From Eledone cirrhosa (taxonomy: Eukaryota), in NCBI GenBank assembly GCA_964016885.1, contig CAXHJY010001256.1, forward strand, positions 34,713-98,712: 64,000 nucleotides of DNA, read 5' to 3'. The position numbers and the translations under genes are program-made. This document shows positions 23,286 through 37,440 of the stretch, piece by piece. The notes below the pieces were generated by a model. That model was not told where the DNA came from. It saw only the letters and a program-made list of their open reading frames with translations, and searched no databases. Position 1 is the stretch's first letter. Each line of letters starts with the position of its first letter.

Positions 23286-23813
23286 TGTAGCGGAACTATT
23301 TCATACATCACGACAACAATGTGTTCATACGTGATTTGATGAAACAAACCAATCATTTTAGATCACGTATGATTACATTGTTTCCGCCTCATTATAAAAC
23401 CTGCTGGTCCACCAGAGAGAGAACTCGCTTGGACAGCGAGGTGAAAATACCTACCACAAGATAACTCTGATCTTCCTATAATCCAGCGGTGAGAGAATTG
23501 AACATTTATCAACAAAGCATTTCCCTCATTTCTTGAATTGTTCTACAGCCTATCTGCTATACGAGATATTCTATTGTCTGTACAGAAACTCAGCTTTTGA
23601 CAATAAATTTATATTTATAGAGAATTTAGTGTTAAAGCGACATTTATTTATACCATGGATGTCAGAAGCATGTCACTGCAAGTACGAAGCAACAAACACA
23701 TCGACTAAGGTATTTTCTTATAATTGTTTGTCATAAGAAGGTCCTTGGGTGTTCCAACTTGTGGTTGTAAAAAGGTATAAGTAATTATTTAACTCATTCT
23801 TCCTATAAGTTCA
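23286..23813 (+). mobile_element. Solo-LTR-like repeat (TG...CA)
   Basis: Begins TGTAGCGGAACTA, ends CCTATAAGTTCA; homologous to 28276-28781(-) and 36388-36795(+); no TSD seen. Confidence 0.6.
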
Positions 23814-24025
23814 AACTGGTGCAGGGCAAATGATCCCACTGCATGCTGCGAAAATGGTATAAGATCTGGCTAAATGACACATAAAAAGTTCAACATCAAT
23901 ACATATGAGAAGATATAGAGGAAGAATGGACCTCAGTACTGAACTGGTATATTTTTTTATCAACCCCAAAACAATGAAAGACAAAGTTGACTCAATGGGG
24001 TTTTGCACTCTGAGATCTAGAAAGA

Positions 24026-24942
24026 ATGTACCTTGAAATCAAAAGGACAGATCCTGAAATCTATAGCTCTTTCTTACAATCAGACCTGGACACGATGCAG
24101 CAATGGATCGCAGACTGGCAGCCGAAGCTGACTGTAGACAGGTGTACCACCATGCATTTTGGGAGGAAAAGTCCAGCGTCCACAACACTGATATCAAGAA
24201 GTCCTCTTGTGAACGTGACCTGGGCATTACTGTCAGCAGTGATTTGCGTTGGACAAAGCACATCTCTAAAATTGTCAAGAAGGCCGAGGGTGTCTTGGCA
24301 TCAAACAGCAAGACCTTTGTTAGCCGCTCTCCAGCCATCTATTTAAAGCTCTATACAGCTAAGGTACAACCACACTTGGAATACACATCATCAGTCTGGA
24401 AACCCAATCTTGCTCAGAACATTGAAATCCTGGAAACTGTTCACAGACGTGCAGCCAAGCACATACCCTCCATCAGACACCTACCATACTCTGAACGCCT
24501 TGCTTCCCTGGGCATTGAAGCTCCAACATCTGGCAATGGACTTAGTAAACACCCACAAAATTATTAACCATCTCGCCAACAACAAACCTGAGCACCTTTT
24601 TGATCTCCATGTGTCTAACACACATGGACATGCCTACAAAGTCAGAAAACAGCACAGCTCCCATGACTTTCGGAAACATTTTTTCGCACTTAGAGTTCCT
24701 GAAGCATGGAACAAATTGCCTGCGTCAGTTGTTAGCTGCCGAGACACTGCATCCTTTATGCTTCCCGAAATTCGCCAAAACTACACCTGATGTCCCTCTT
24801 CCATACACATGCACACGTGTATATCATGGCTCATGCACTGTTCATTTTCCCGACGTTTGTACATTACCATATGTACTATACATACACTTTTGATGAGTTG
24901 TAGTGTACCTGAGTACTGTACACAATATTATTATTATTATTA
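24026..24942 (+). mobile_element. CR1-clade LINE fragment
   Basis: LQSDLD..QQW, ERDLGI, AWNKLP; frameshifted; (TAT)n tail. Confidence 0.87.
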
Positions 24943-27230
24943 ATACAACAAAGCATTTTATCCAATGTTCTAATGACTCTTCCAGTTTGTCATCTCAGCA
25001 ATAACTATACAAGTACTTTTATTTTGGGAGAGTCATGTTGTCAATAAGACCATTTGCACCAGTTGAATTTTACTTCAATTTTACTAATTAATCCACCAAT
25101 CAGTTGATTAATCATTTGTCAAAGTCTTTTCATTACAGCCTGTAACCTTATCAATATTGCCTTCTGTATCCGTTCATGCATAGATGCTCCATCTTAGGAG
25201 AGGGGGAAGGTAAAAGAGAAAGGAAAGTAGGAGAGCACGTGAAAGTCAAACAGTAGGAGCTTGGAGCTTGTGTGTATGGGATTAACACATGTGGCATGTG
25301 ATAATGTGTGTGAAACAAGGTAAAACACCAACATTGCCAAACTGACAGATGTAAAAAACAAAGTCTAATGCTTATTCCTGTAGTATGTGAAAATTCCACA
25401 AAGGCGATCCACAACCACACTGGTGTAAATCATCATTAGAGTCATTTGAAAAGCTTCATACTAATGGTAGCTGGTGAGATTTTGGAATACAAGGAGAATA
25501 AAAACCAGGACTAGTTCTAATGCCATAAAGAAAATATGCAATCTGGTGCAAGAAAAGAACAGCTTTTTGTGCTTGGCTTAGTAACCAAACTGACTGTTAC
25601 TTGCAAAGGAGGTAGATTAAGCTGAAGATAAATGAGAAAAAAAAGAATAGTGAGAGGAGAAAATTGCTGAAATACAGGTGTATGATATCTGAGGTTACAC
25701 TAAAAGATTTTTCTCAGGAGATACGCTATTGCCTCCTCCATATAGGAAAATTAATCACAAAATCTGTAGAGACCCAGCATTGCTGGCAAGAACATTTTGG
25801 TTAAGACTGAAGCAGGATCCAATATCTTCAATAGACCTGAACAAAGACCATTTTTTAGCACGTTACACCTGTTCCCACTTATATCAACATGTTCGCAGCT
25901 ATGTAGCAACTCAAGAACCACTGTGCAACAAGACCAGATGACATTCTAAGCTGCTGAAGACAGGAGGGTTGAAGCTACAAGCATGTTTCATCAATCTAGA
26001 AAAATCTGTATAAATGTAAGAACTGCTATAAGATTTCAAAAGTGCCAATATTGCCCTCCCATACAATTGCCATGTACTGACCTACTACAGTTAGACATGG
26101 CCAATTCATTGTAGCCACTATATAGAGTTGAAGTTCTTTCACTTAAAAGTACTGTTTGATACTCAACATTGGTTGGCAAGACAGTATCAAGTGTGATGGA
26201 ATTACTAGCATGGAAGTAACCCTTGACAAATCAAAGTTGTACAAGATGAGACCCTAAAACACTGCAAAATTCCATTGTCCAGCCAGAAAGATGCAACAAA
26301 GGACTGGCAAGGCAGCCAAGGTATTTGATGTGTTAGGTTGAAACTTCAAATGCATTCTCCAATGGATCATTCTAACCTTGTCTTATTAAAAAAAACAAAA
26401 AAAAAAACAACAAAAGACAAATACTACTCATATCAAGAAAACATTGCACTACACTACTCTTAACTCAACATGGAGAGCTTGCAATTAGCATATGTACCAA
26501 ATGTGTGGGCTCTATCCTATCACTGAGGATCTTGCAAATACACATTCTAGCAAGAATTGTATCTAAAAGACTGGCCCTTCTCTTTAGAACCAGTAAATAC
26601 TTCAGCTGCCAACAACTTTTGATCCATAGTGGATTACTGCTCACACATCTCAGACAGTGCTACATAAAAACACTTTGTACGCCATCAACATTACGATCAA
26701 ATAAACCCTTTCACTGATGCAGCTAAAAAGAAGGCCATGCTTTAGCATGGACCTTGGTGAAAAGGACAAAACGTTGGCCCAGGCATGGAAGCTTATTAAA
26801 CAAGAGCAAACCCGAGTCAACTTAATCACGGCAAAGGCCATAGAAGCAGCAAAGAAGAGAATGGTGACATTTAGATGCATTTCAGTGCAGACTCAAAGTA
26901 GCAATCATTCTCCAAGCTGAATTTGAATCTGCACTGAACTACATCAGAGATGACACCGAGTACATAGCGAAGGGGCAGACAATACAGCACCATCTTGGTG
27001 TTTAAATCTGAAACCCTTGCTGTGAAACGGTGACCCCTTGCAAAACCAGCAAAGTCATCATGTACTCCTTCCACATAGAAAAAAAAAGAGCTTGAGTCTG
27101 CGTTCCTATGATTCCACCAGGACGACTTGTGGTGGTTCCTGGGATGCACGATTGTGGATGAGACAGATGCCATCCTGATAAAAGCAACAAGAACAGCAAG
27201 GGAGGACTGGTCCAGGGTTTATTCCAATAC

Positions 27231-27799
27231 CTAGGTGATCAGATTAGCAAGGGAGGAGGATGCTCCAAGGCCATAGTATCTAGAATAAAGACAGGATGGA
27301 AGAAGTTTAGGGAGCTGCTTCCTCTGTTGACAATGATGGGTTTCTCACTATGAACGAAAGGTCGGTTATATGGTGCCTGTGTGAGATGCACAATGTTGCA
27401 TGGTAGTGAGACATGGGCAGCAACTGCGGAGAATATGCGATGACTGGAGAGAAATGAAGCAAGCATGTTCCGATGGATGTGCAATGTCAATGTGCATGAA
27501 CGATCAAGCATAGAGTTGAAAGTGAAACTGTACAAGAGAGAAACTGTAGTGTGCAGGAGAGAGATTGCATTGGTATGGCCATGTGATGTGCATGGAAGAT
27601 GATTGCTGGGTGAAGAAGTGCCAAGAAATCCCGGTGGAAGGAAGACCATGAAAAACATGGGCGGAGGTGGTGAGGGCTAACCTCAGATCGCTGAAGCTCA
27701 CAGAGATGACGAGGTATTGTGATGAATGGAGAAACGCTGTGCTGAAGAGGATTCGTTCCCCCCCCCCCTTGCAAGCAGACGTAAAGTGATGATCATGAT
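27231..27799 (+). mobile_element. Degenerate RTE 3' fragment
   Basis: LGDQIS.GGGCS...GWKKFRELLP...MLHGSETW with stops. Confidence 0.82.
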
Positions 27800-28275
27800 G
27801 AGAATTCTCCAAATCAGGCCAGAAGACCTTAAGAAAAATCCTGGCTCCCGTCCGTCTCCAAAACGGGATGGTACTGTAAATAATGACTGTGGGCAGAAAG
27901 TTGCACTGTTTCGTCTGGAGAAACAATGCCTTTGTGAGCCTTCTGCTCTCGGCTCAAAAATGCAAGGGTCACAATCCTCCACTGCTACTGATGCCGGGGT
28001 GGGGACCCCCACCAATACCACTAGCAGCAATACCAGCAGAAACAGCACTTCCAATGATGACTACCCAGGATAAAGATAAAGAAAGCTCTCCCATTCCCCC
28101 TCCCACCAAAATACACATTGACAAACACTTCCAGGCATAGTCACCTCATCTCCCAGTAGCGAATATGAGCCCCCCCCCCCAAAAAAAAAAACAAAAAAGG
28201 CACACAAAAAAAAAAAAAAAAAAAAAAAAAAACCATCACACACACAACAGAAAATGCAGACACCACACACAACAC

Positions 28276-28781
28276 TAACATATAGGGAGGATGAAGGGTC
28301 AAATAATTACTTATACCTTTTTACAACTACAAGTTGAAACATCCAAGGACCTTGTTACAAACAATTATAAGAAAATACCTCCGTCGCTGTGTTTGTTGCT
28401 TCGTACTTGCAGCAACAGGCTTCTCACTTCCATGGTATAAATATGTCTCTTTAACACTCAATTCTCTATAAATATAAATTTATTGTCTGTACAGACAATA
28501 GAATATCTCGAATAGCAGAGAGGCCGTAGAAGAAGAATTGACGAAATGTAGAACATGGTTTGTTGATAACTGTTCTGTTCCTCCTAACAGGATTATAGGA
28601 GGATTATAGCAGGAGTTATCCTGTAGTAGGTCTTTTCATCTCCCTGATCTGCTTCATCTCTGTTCTCGTGTGCAGTGGTTTTCACGAGAAGATGACAATG
28701 TATTCATACGCGACTTTGGTCTGTTTAACCAAATTATATATGAAATGTTGCTATTGCGAGGTATGACTTAGTTCCACTACA
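28276..28781 (-). mobile_element. Solo-LTR-like repeat, inverted copy
   Basis: Reverse complement is nearly identical to 36390-36790 and starts TGTAGTGGAACTA. Confidence 0.65.
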
Positions 28782-30054
28782 AACGCATCCAAAACAACAA
28801 CACCATCACCACCACAATCCCCCAAATGCAAACAAGTAAAACCACAACAAAACAAAACTGTGCTTATAAGAGCCAACAAGGAATTGATGGTCCTCATAGC
28901 ACTATAAGGCTTGTGGGACCACCCACATTAAACAAAGGGAAAAAAAAAAAAACCATCTTAATTTGGATTGCTAGTTCTATAACCATGGTAAAGGCAACTG
29001 TCTAGAAGATAACTCCCAATTGAAATCCAACTGCATTTTCACTTAAATACTAAGTTGAGATCTGGCATAAGATAAAACCTCCAAATAAGGGTGAGTAGAG
29101 ACTGAGCAATGGCAGGCAGTCTGCTTAATGATGGTGTTTCAATGAAAATACCACTGGGAAGGAAATACTGACAATCCATAATTAAGGGAGTAGGAAATTA
29201 ACTCACTTCCTATCAGACAGATTTTCAGAACTGCTACTGCAAACATCAGCACCATAACTGGTACATCCAGTGAGATTGTGGAGATGCTAGAGCAGAGACA
29301 AGTAGATATATGCTGTGTGCAAAAAGTAAGATTCTCTTCACAGGCAAGAAACATAAGTACAAGTTGTTCTGGGTTTGTAACAGTGATTGTGAGAAATGGC
29401 AGAGAAATGGGTGATTAAGGTAATTGAGGTTATCAGGGAATGTAATAGGATAATTTAACTCTTAAGCAGTTCAACACTGTCATTTAAAGGATTGATTATC
29501 TAGTCATTAGCTGCCAAATGGTCGCCAGTATACATTGAATGTGTTGGCAGAAATTGCAGGATCTGGGGCAGATGTGGGCTTTTAGGTCTTTTCCAATTCT
29601 TTCGGTCTGCCCCCAATTCTTTCGGTCTTCCCCCAATTGGGAGGTGTCTGTTACTCACATCAAACACACTTATGTTTCTCTGTCATGCATCAACACATGT
29701 TTGGCCACGTAGGTCTAAATTACTGGATTGATTAAGAAGCACTAAGAGGACCCATGAAAGATTCCCTCATTTGCCTACACAAATTAGAAGCCTTCCATCA
29801 ATGCTCTTTGTGCCAAATACTTAAGGTAAGATGGTGCCACAAAAGGCCACCCACAGAAGTGACTTAAGGAGTGAATCAAAGAGGATATGAATGCCTTTGG
29901 CATCAACATCTCAATAAGGTATGATCTGACTGCAAACCACAGAGCCTGGAGGAATGCAAAAAAATGCAACTTGCCCAGTAAGAAAGCATCTATTGAAGGT
30001 GAACATCATAATGAGAGTCCTCATCATCAATAATAATGAGGATGAGAGAAGAAA

Positions 30055-30640
30055 AACCATTTGCCTAGGAGGCTCCCTTGAAGTTGTTGACAGCTTTTGT
30101 TACCTAAGTGACTTAATCAGCAGTGGAGGAGGCTGCTCTGAATGTGTGGTGGCCAGAGTAAGGACAGAATGGAAGAAGTTTAGAGATCTAATATCTCTGC
30201 TGATAACAAAGAACTTCTCTCTCAGAGTGAAAGGATGACTGTGTAATGCTACATGGCAGTGGGGTATGAGCTCTGACTACAGAAAGCCTGCAATGGTTAG
30301 AAAGAAATTAAGCAAGCATGTTCTGATAAATGTGTAATGATAGTGCATATGAATGATGTAGCATAAGCAAGCTGGGAGAAAGACTATTTAAGAGGAATTG
30401 GATGTAGTGTGCAAGGGAGAAGACTGTTGGTATGGACATGTGATGCATATTGAAGAGGATAGCTGTATAAAGAACTGCAGAGAAATCTTAGTGGATGGGA
30501 CTCCTGGAAGCAATAAATCTAGAAATATATGGGATGAAGAAGCCTACCATTAGAAGCTGAACTACATGACAGCAATGACAAAGGACTGCAAAGATTAGCA
30601 ACATATTGCACTGGAGAAGTCTTGCCTACCAACATAAGTG
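30055..30640 (+). mobile_element. Degenerate RTE fragment
   Basis: [21 protein letters not shown]...WKKFRDL. Confidence 0.8.
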
Positions 30641-32011
30641 ATGTGACCAGACTCATGTCCCCCTCCACTCCTTAGTTATTCTAACCATCACCGTGCACCC
30701 TACCCCCACTCTCCAGGATCATCCCTACCCCTTTTAAATCCAAAACACCAGTCATGAGTCCTTAATAGCTGCTCTCATTACCTTCCCTTCTATCAGACAC
30801 CAGCCCCTTCTCTCCCTCTCATCTTGTCAAATCCCACCACACTCATGACATCATGATCCTTATATCCCCCACCATAAAGTAGAGAAGGTGCTTTAGACAC
30901 ATCAATGACTAACAACCTCCCTAGTGATGTGCCACAATAAGATGCACCTGGTACACTTTAAATAGGTTGGTCTTCGAAGGGGTTTCTAGGTGTGGAAACC
31001 ATTCATGAAAAGGGTTGAGAAGACCATTCAGTCATGGCACAACAACCTTTAGTGCCGGTGCCATGAAAAATGCATCCAGTACACTTTGTAAAGTTGGTGT
31101 TAAGATGAGCATCCAGTCAAAGAAAACCTATCATACAAAAGGTCAAGAAGACTTTAGTTGTGTTCAAAATATGACTAGTGCTAATGTCATAATGAAATAC
31201 ACCCAGTGCAGGAACGTATGTAAACGAGATGCAGCTACAACCCTATCTGAGAGGTCAGTAGCTCCAGTTAAATACTGAGTGATCTATGATAACCTATCCA
31301 ACCCTTGTTAGCAGGGGGAGGAAGAAAAATAGATGTTAACTATCATAACCTATGCAGGTTTAGCTGACCTTGTACAAGGTCCTATCACGAAATCCGAACC
31401 CTAACATAAAATGAATTGCCTTGCTTAAGAACACAACACACCACCTAGTCAAGGAATTAAGGCATCACATTCATAACATTCAGTATATGCAAGCAATGAA
31501 GGGAACCACCTGCCTCTTCAATAATCACTTACTGAAGTCCAGAATTACATCCACCTTCAAACCATCCAGAAACAGGGTTTGCACAGCAGCCATAAAGAAA
31601 CTTTTCTAGAAACCAGTGCCTCTAGAAGTCAGTGTATATTTCTGACAGCAACTTACCATTGCCCTACTTGACTTCATCCCAACCTAACAAAGAGCATACT
31701 AAAAGATCATATTCACCATGTAATGACATGACAACTTCTGTGCACTTGATTGAACACGAGATCATACATAAGCAAGACATAGATCAGTAGCCCCACTTCA
31801 GTACTGACTTAGTCTATGTTGGCGCGTCTGACCTTTGCCCGTAGGGAAAGATGTCAAAACTACGATGATGTTCTACTTTATTTATATATCTAAACATCAC
31901 CTTATTTCCACTTTCATCTGGTGGATATAAGTGTTTTGGTGAACTAATTCATAGAAAGCACAATGTGAACCAAGGAAAGAATATAATGATTGCCTGCAAG
32001 AAAATGGGAAA

Positions 32012-32050
<39 letters not shown>

Positions 32051-34419
32051 GACATCAGTGCCTGCAAAGGTAAATCTTCAACCAGAAGCTGGTAGAGAAG
32101 TGTAGTTGTCAATAGTGAGACAAATAGCATGCATTGGAAATCCGTTGGTTCTTATGAGGAGTGTTCTAGTTGATTCAATCAATGGAACAGCTGCCCCATA
32201 AAATTAATGTGCAAGTGACTGAATTACAGGTATTCATTTTTGCCATCTGAGTGGACTGGAGCAATGTGAAATAAAGTACCTTTCTCAGACATACTGCAAA
32301 GCCAGGAATTGAACACATGACCTTGTTATTGTAAGCCAAACACACTAAATACTAAGCTTATATAGGATACATAAAATATACCTACAGAGAATTGTTTAAA
32401 TTCAGGATTAATCAGAGAAACCACATCTATCTACATTGGGGATAAGGTTTGATTGAAGCCTCCTCCCCCATCACCAATCAATGAGAAAGAAGAAAAGTGA
32501 ATTCTCAATGTTTCAGTTTTGGGATATCCATGAAGTTATCAGCTTGTCAAACAATGATGGACAAGAAGGGGATGAAACCAATGTCACAACCCCATAGATA
32601 TGCAAGCTATACAAGTGATCTCCAAAAGCAACAATAAACAATTTCAGTGAATGAATGAAATTTGCTTTTTAGTTGAAAAAAAGAGAACAAAAATTTTGTA
32701 ACAATTTTTAGTGGCCCTCCAAGAAAAAGATAATTTCAAGAAACGAAGAATTAATCTGATCTTTCTTAGTAAGAAATGTGACATTCAGACATGTTTCAAA
32801 TTTGTTTGATGTCATCAGTGAGGCCGACACAAAATATAATCCATGTAAACCAAAGAAGCAGTTTGAAATTATTAAATATTTCCTCCACAGGCAACCAAAC
32901 AAACTAATACAAACTTTAGTTAGGTGGTAATATTCTGAATGTAAGTGAAGCCATTGGGCAACCTGGCCAGTCTGCCACTGCATGTACCAACATTGAGAAG
33001 CAATCAGAACTTTGCAGCAATGGCAAAATCTAACAGCATGATGCACTTCTCTACCAGAATCTGTGGCAAAAACTGGCCAGAAATCTCATTACATACAAGC
33101 GAACAGACATAACCACTAACACCAAATTCGCATAAAGAAAGAATATCACTTTGCCTTCTACTCATTATTTCTGGTCCACAGCTCATAACCCCACATCAGG
33201 CTGGTTGTCAGATCAACTACCTTAACTCTTGATACCAAACCACTCCTGAACTGTTTTAATTCATATTAATGGAAAAACCTATCATAATTTTATGTAAGAA
33301 CATTGATCATGTGTCCCTGACAGATTACTGAAAGAAAGTTATTGTATTAAATCCCTCGAGATTAACTTTGAAATTCTTTAAAAATTATGGGCACTGTATT
33401 TCATGGGAAATATAGTAATGAAAGGGTTAAAACTGCTCAAAAATATCCTAATACAGAAACTTCCACTTACCCAGATGTTTTTGCTCATCTAATATATCCA
33501 TAATCTACTCATAATATACACTACCTTGTCACTGGTAAGAGAAAAACACGAGATCAGAGCTACGCAAGAGAGCCAGCATTGTCTTTTACTTTATTTTGAT
33601 TTGAGATTTTTTTTTTCCCCCCAGTGTTGGCTGCTGGTTCAATAGTTTCAACCATTCCTGATTTGTCTGGGCACAGAATGGGCTAACTAAATGCATATCA
33701 AAATTATGATCAACTAAATGTGCAGAACCATACAACAGCTGGGGGGGGGGGGGGGGGCATTAAACTGTGATGAGTCCCTCTAATCAGTCAATGTGCTGTA
33801 ATAGCCCATCATGGTGAAAAGCAACCATCCCTCAGGGTGAACAGTGAGCTGTGTCCCATATATTGCAGGCAACCAGCCCTCTGAAAACTGACATTACTGA
33901 ATTTAGAAGTATTACCTACAATACATTGCATTGGGATAGTCCAGACAAGAGTACTTTGGATTATGGTTTGCATAACTTGGTGCTCCGGAGCAAGCAACTT
34001 CTGATGATACAGGTGAGGGTTAGAGTATATTCACAGTGTGTTGGTGGATGGATTGAACTCCTACACTCACAGTATCATGAAAAAAAAGAAGAAATCCTGC
34101 CAACCCTACAAAATCCTGGAAAAAGGAGCGAGAGAAGATCACTAAACTCACTACCAGCATTGCAAAGACAAATAGTGTGCACTGTTCCTATGGTAAAGTA
34201 GATATTTGGGCAGATTCTCCCACTTTGGACTGGAGATGGATCTAAGGTTGATCACTGCATCCAAGGTTGTGGATAATACTCCTCTCTTGAGGCCATTCAC
34301 CACACTTGAGGTTTTGGGTGTACCTATATGAGGTTCACTTCTGTCCTGGGCCCTGACAGGATAACATTGAAACAAAACTTTCAGAAATACCACGACTGGC
34401 CCTAACCCCATACACCCGA

Positions 34420-36387
34420 TTTTGCAACAATAACCACACCTCTTCGTAGTCTGATGAAAAATAACATGGACTTCATGTGGACAGACATCCAGGAACTAAG
34501 TTTTACTTGCATAAAAGAATTATCTACTCCCCGTCCTATCAATGTTTGATTGCAGCACCCCGACAATAATATCTACAGATGCGTCTGGCGTTGGTCTTGG
34601 CGGCGTCCTATCACAAATGCAAAACGGTTTCAAACGAGTTGCGTATGCGTCTTGATCTTTGTCGACAACGGAACAAAAATATTCCGTAGGCGAAAAAGAA
34701 GCGCTCGTATGCCCAAATACATGCGAAAAATGGCATTACTATCTCTTTTGGCGTCGTTTCGTGCTCCACACCGACCATACATCATTAACAGCCCTGTTGA
34801 GTACCGGCGGAAAAGGTCATCGCCCCTTAATCTCACGTTGGTATGCTCGCCTTTTGACTTACAATTTCCATGTTGAATATAGATCCGGAACGAACAATCA
34901 AGTAGCCGATGCATTGTCTCAGTCCCCGCACTTACCAGCCATAGAATTGAACGAAGATAACGAAATTATAGCCAGCCTTGCGCTATATGAATTTGTTCTA
35001 GAGTTGGAAAACGATACAGTTCTGAAAAGCGTAAAACAGTTTATTACGGAGGGATGGCCTTTATGTTGATGTGTTAACACTCTTCGGTCATATTTCCAAG
35101 TCTGCTCTGAGCTGTCCATAGTACAGGAGTACATGTTTCGCGGAAGAATCTTGGTCATTCCTACCAGTTTACAAAGACGAGTTATGGTTCTTGCAGATTC
35201 AGGTCATCCGGTATTGTGCGAACGAAACAACGGCTGCGTCAATGGTACTGGTGGCCTAATTGTAATTCACAGATTGAATCGTTTGTCCGTTCATGCCAGG
35301 CATGCATCCAGTCTGACAAATCGTCAAAGCCATTACCTGCCACAATTCAACCCGTTCAGTATCCTTTAAAACCATGGACTAAAGTGTCAATTGACATCAT
35401 GGGCCCCTTCGCAACAGCACCGAAAAACAAAGCTTACCTTGTCATACTGATCTGTTACTACAGTTGGTGGTGCGAAGTTTGTGCATGTGGACAAGCTACA
35501 ACTGTCCATATAATCACTTGGTTATCTTCTGTGTTTGGGCGTTTTGGCCTGCCGGAAGATCTCGTCTGACAATGGTCCCCAATTCCGCAGTGGATTGTTC
35601 GAAACCTTCCTCAAGGAAAATGGGATTAAGCACTCCAAATCTGTCCCTTATAATCCTCAAGCAAACGGGTTGGTGGAAAGATGCAATAAAACACAAAGAA
35701 ACTATTCAAACACTAAAACTTCACGGTCTGACATGGGAGGACACAGTATCGAAGGTGCTGCAGATACTGCGATCGATGCCCTACAGTGCGACCGAAGTGG
35801 CACCGGCAGAACTGTTCTTAGGCACTAAATTAAGCGCTGCCGCCTTACATGCCGCCACATGTGCTCAGTCATAGGATATTGAGGCTAAAGCAAAATTGTC
35901 TAGATACCAACAAGATCTCTGAAAGTCTATCAAAATGTGCGTGTAAAGGGAAGACCAAAATTATCACCACCACTCAAAATAGTCAACTGCATTGGTCCTC
36001 ACACATACAGACTAGAAAATGGACGAATCTACAATAGTCACCAGTTTTTTTCAAGCTTAAAGCTTTAAAAAGAGGGGAGAAAATGTGTCTACATTAATGC
36101 TTCTCTCCTATTCTCGCCTATCTGTATTTATTCCCATTCTTTCATTACGCGTAATACATTCCAGCCACTTATTGGCCACTCGTACACAGTCTTCATATTG
36201 ATTGGCTCACCTGTCCAATAAGACCTGGGACTCAACGTGTGCGCACACGCATGTGAACATGACACTATACTCTGTACATCGTGCTTTGCTTGTGGCTCTG
36301 TGCCATCCTGCGTACAGTTATACTTACGTTGTTTAATACAACTTCCTACCGTCTTTACTCTTGTTCTTACTTGGGAACCCGTACACA
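34420..36387 (+). mobile_element. Degenerate Ty3/Gypsy LTR retrotransposon 3' part (RNase H, integrase, PPT, 3' LTR)
   Basis: [68 protein letters not shown]; PPT AAAAAGAGGGGAGAAA then LTR 36084-36387 with TGTGT...ACACA ends. Confidence 0.9.
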
Positions 36388-36795
36388 TCATGAAAACCAC
36401 TATACATGATTAGAGATGAAGCAGATCAGGGAGATGAAAAGACCTACTACAGGATAACTCCTACTATAATCCTCCTATAATCCTGTTAGGAGGAACAGAA
36501 CAGTTATCAACAAACCATGTTCTACATTTCGTCAATTCTTCTTCTACGGCCTCTCTGCTATTCGAGATATTCTATTGTCTGTACAGACAAATTTATATTT
36601 ATAGAGAATTGAGTGTTAAAGAGACATATTTATACCATGGAAGTGAGAAGCCTGTTGCTGCAAGTACAAAGCAACAAACACAGCGACTAAGGTATTTTCT
36701 TATAATTGTTTGTAACAAGGTCCTTGGATGTTTCAACTTGTAGTTGTAAAAAGGTATAAGTAATTATTTGACCCCTCATCCTCCCTATAAGTTCA
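36388..36795 (+). mobile_element. Right part of a solo-LTR-like repeat abutting the Gypsy 3' LTR
   Basis: Resumes at TCATGAAAACCAC (TCGTGAAAACCAC in the 28.7-kb copy); ends GTTCA. Confidence 0.65.
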
Positions 36796-36849
36796 TGTTC
36801 CTAATAGGGACTCAAAGTTAATGAAGTCACTGCAGTGTTAAATGCAGTT

Positions 36850-37440
36850 AAGACAGTCATATCCTGATGGGAGACTGATGCACATGCTGGTACTGACCAC
36901 CTGACATGGAAAGCAGTGATTAGAAGGAATGGTGACCCCGATCTAAATACAAAAGAAGGGACATATGTGTAAAAGCCAAACTCGCTATCTTCAATTCAGT
37001 ATACATGCCAACCCTTACCTATGGTCATGAATCTTGAGTAATGACAAAAAGAATATAATCGCACTAACAAGCAGCCAAAATGGGGTCATCTGAAGGGTTT
37101 TGGGAGTAATATTACTTAATACAGTGCACAGCTCGGAGATCAGAGAATCACTCCGCATAGAGCCACTACTTCTCTGAATTAAGCGATCACAGCACCAATA
37201 CTATGGCCATATGGTTAGAATGTCTCAGGAAAGGATCGCTGAACAGATTTTATGGGCAAAAATCAAGTGACAGGTGACCCAGGGGTAGACCCCAAGCAAG
37301 ATGGTTGAGTAACATCCATGAGCTTGATTGGTCTTGCCTGGGATCCAGTTAGTCTCAGTTGGAGACGGTTGCTTCTGACAGGACCCATTGAAAGGAGTGT
37401 TTGAGGACTGCTCCCACGAACCTCTCAGGAATAAATAGGT
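36850..37440 (+). mobile_element. Degenerate RTE-clade LINE fragment (third family)
   Basis: [21 protein letters not shown]...GRP..RWL; paralogs 8644-8810(-) and 46100-47030. Confidence 0.72.

Noticed and set aside
31901-31993. 93-nt minus-strand exon candidate with an in-frame TGA (possible selenocysteine)
   Set aside because: Frame unknown, another frame is open, and no SECIS or homology support
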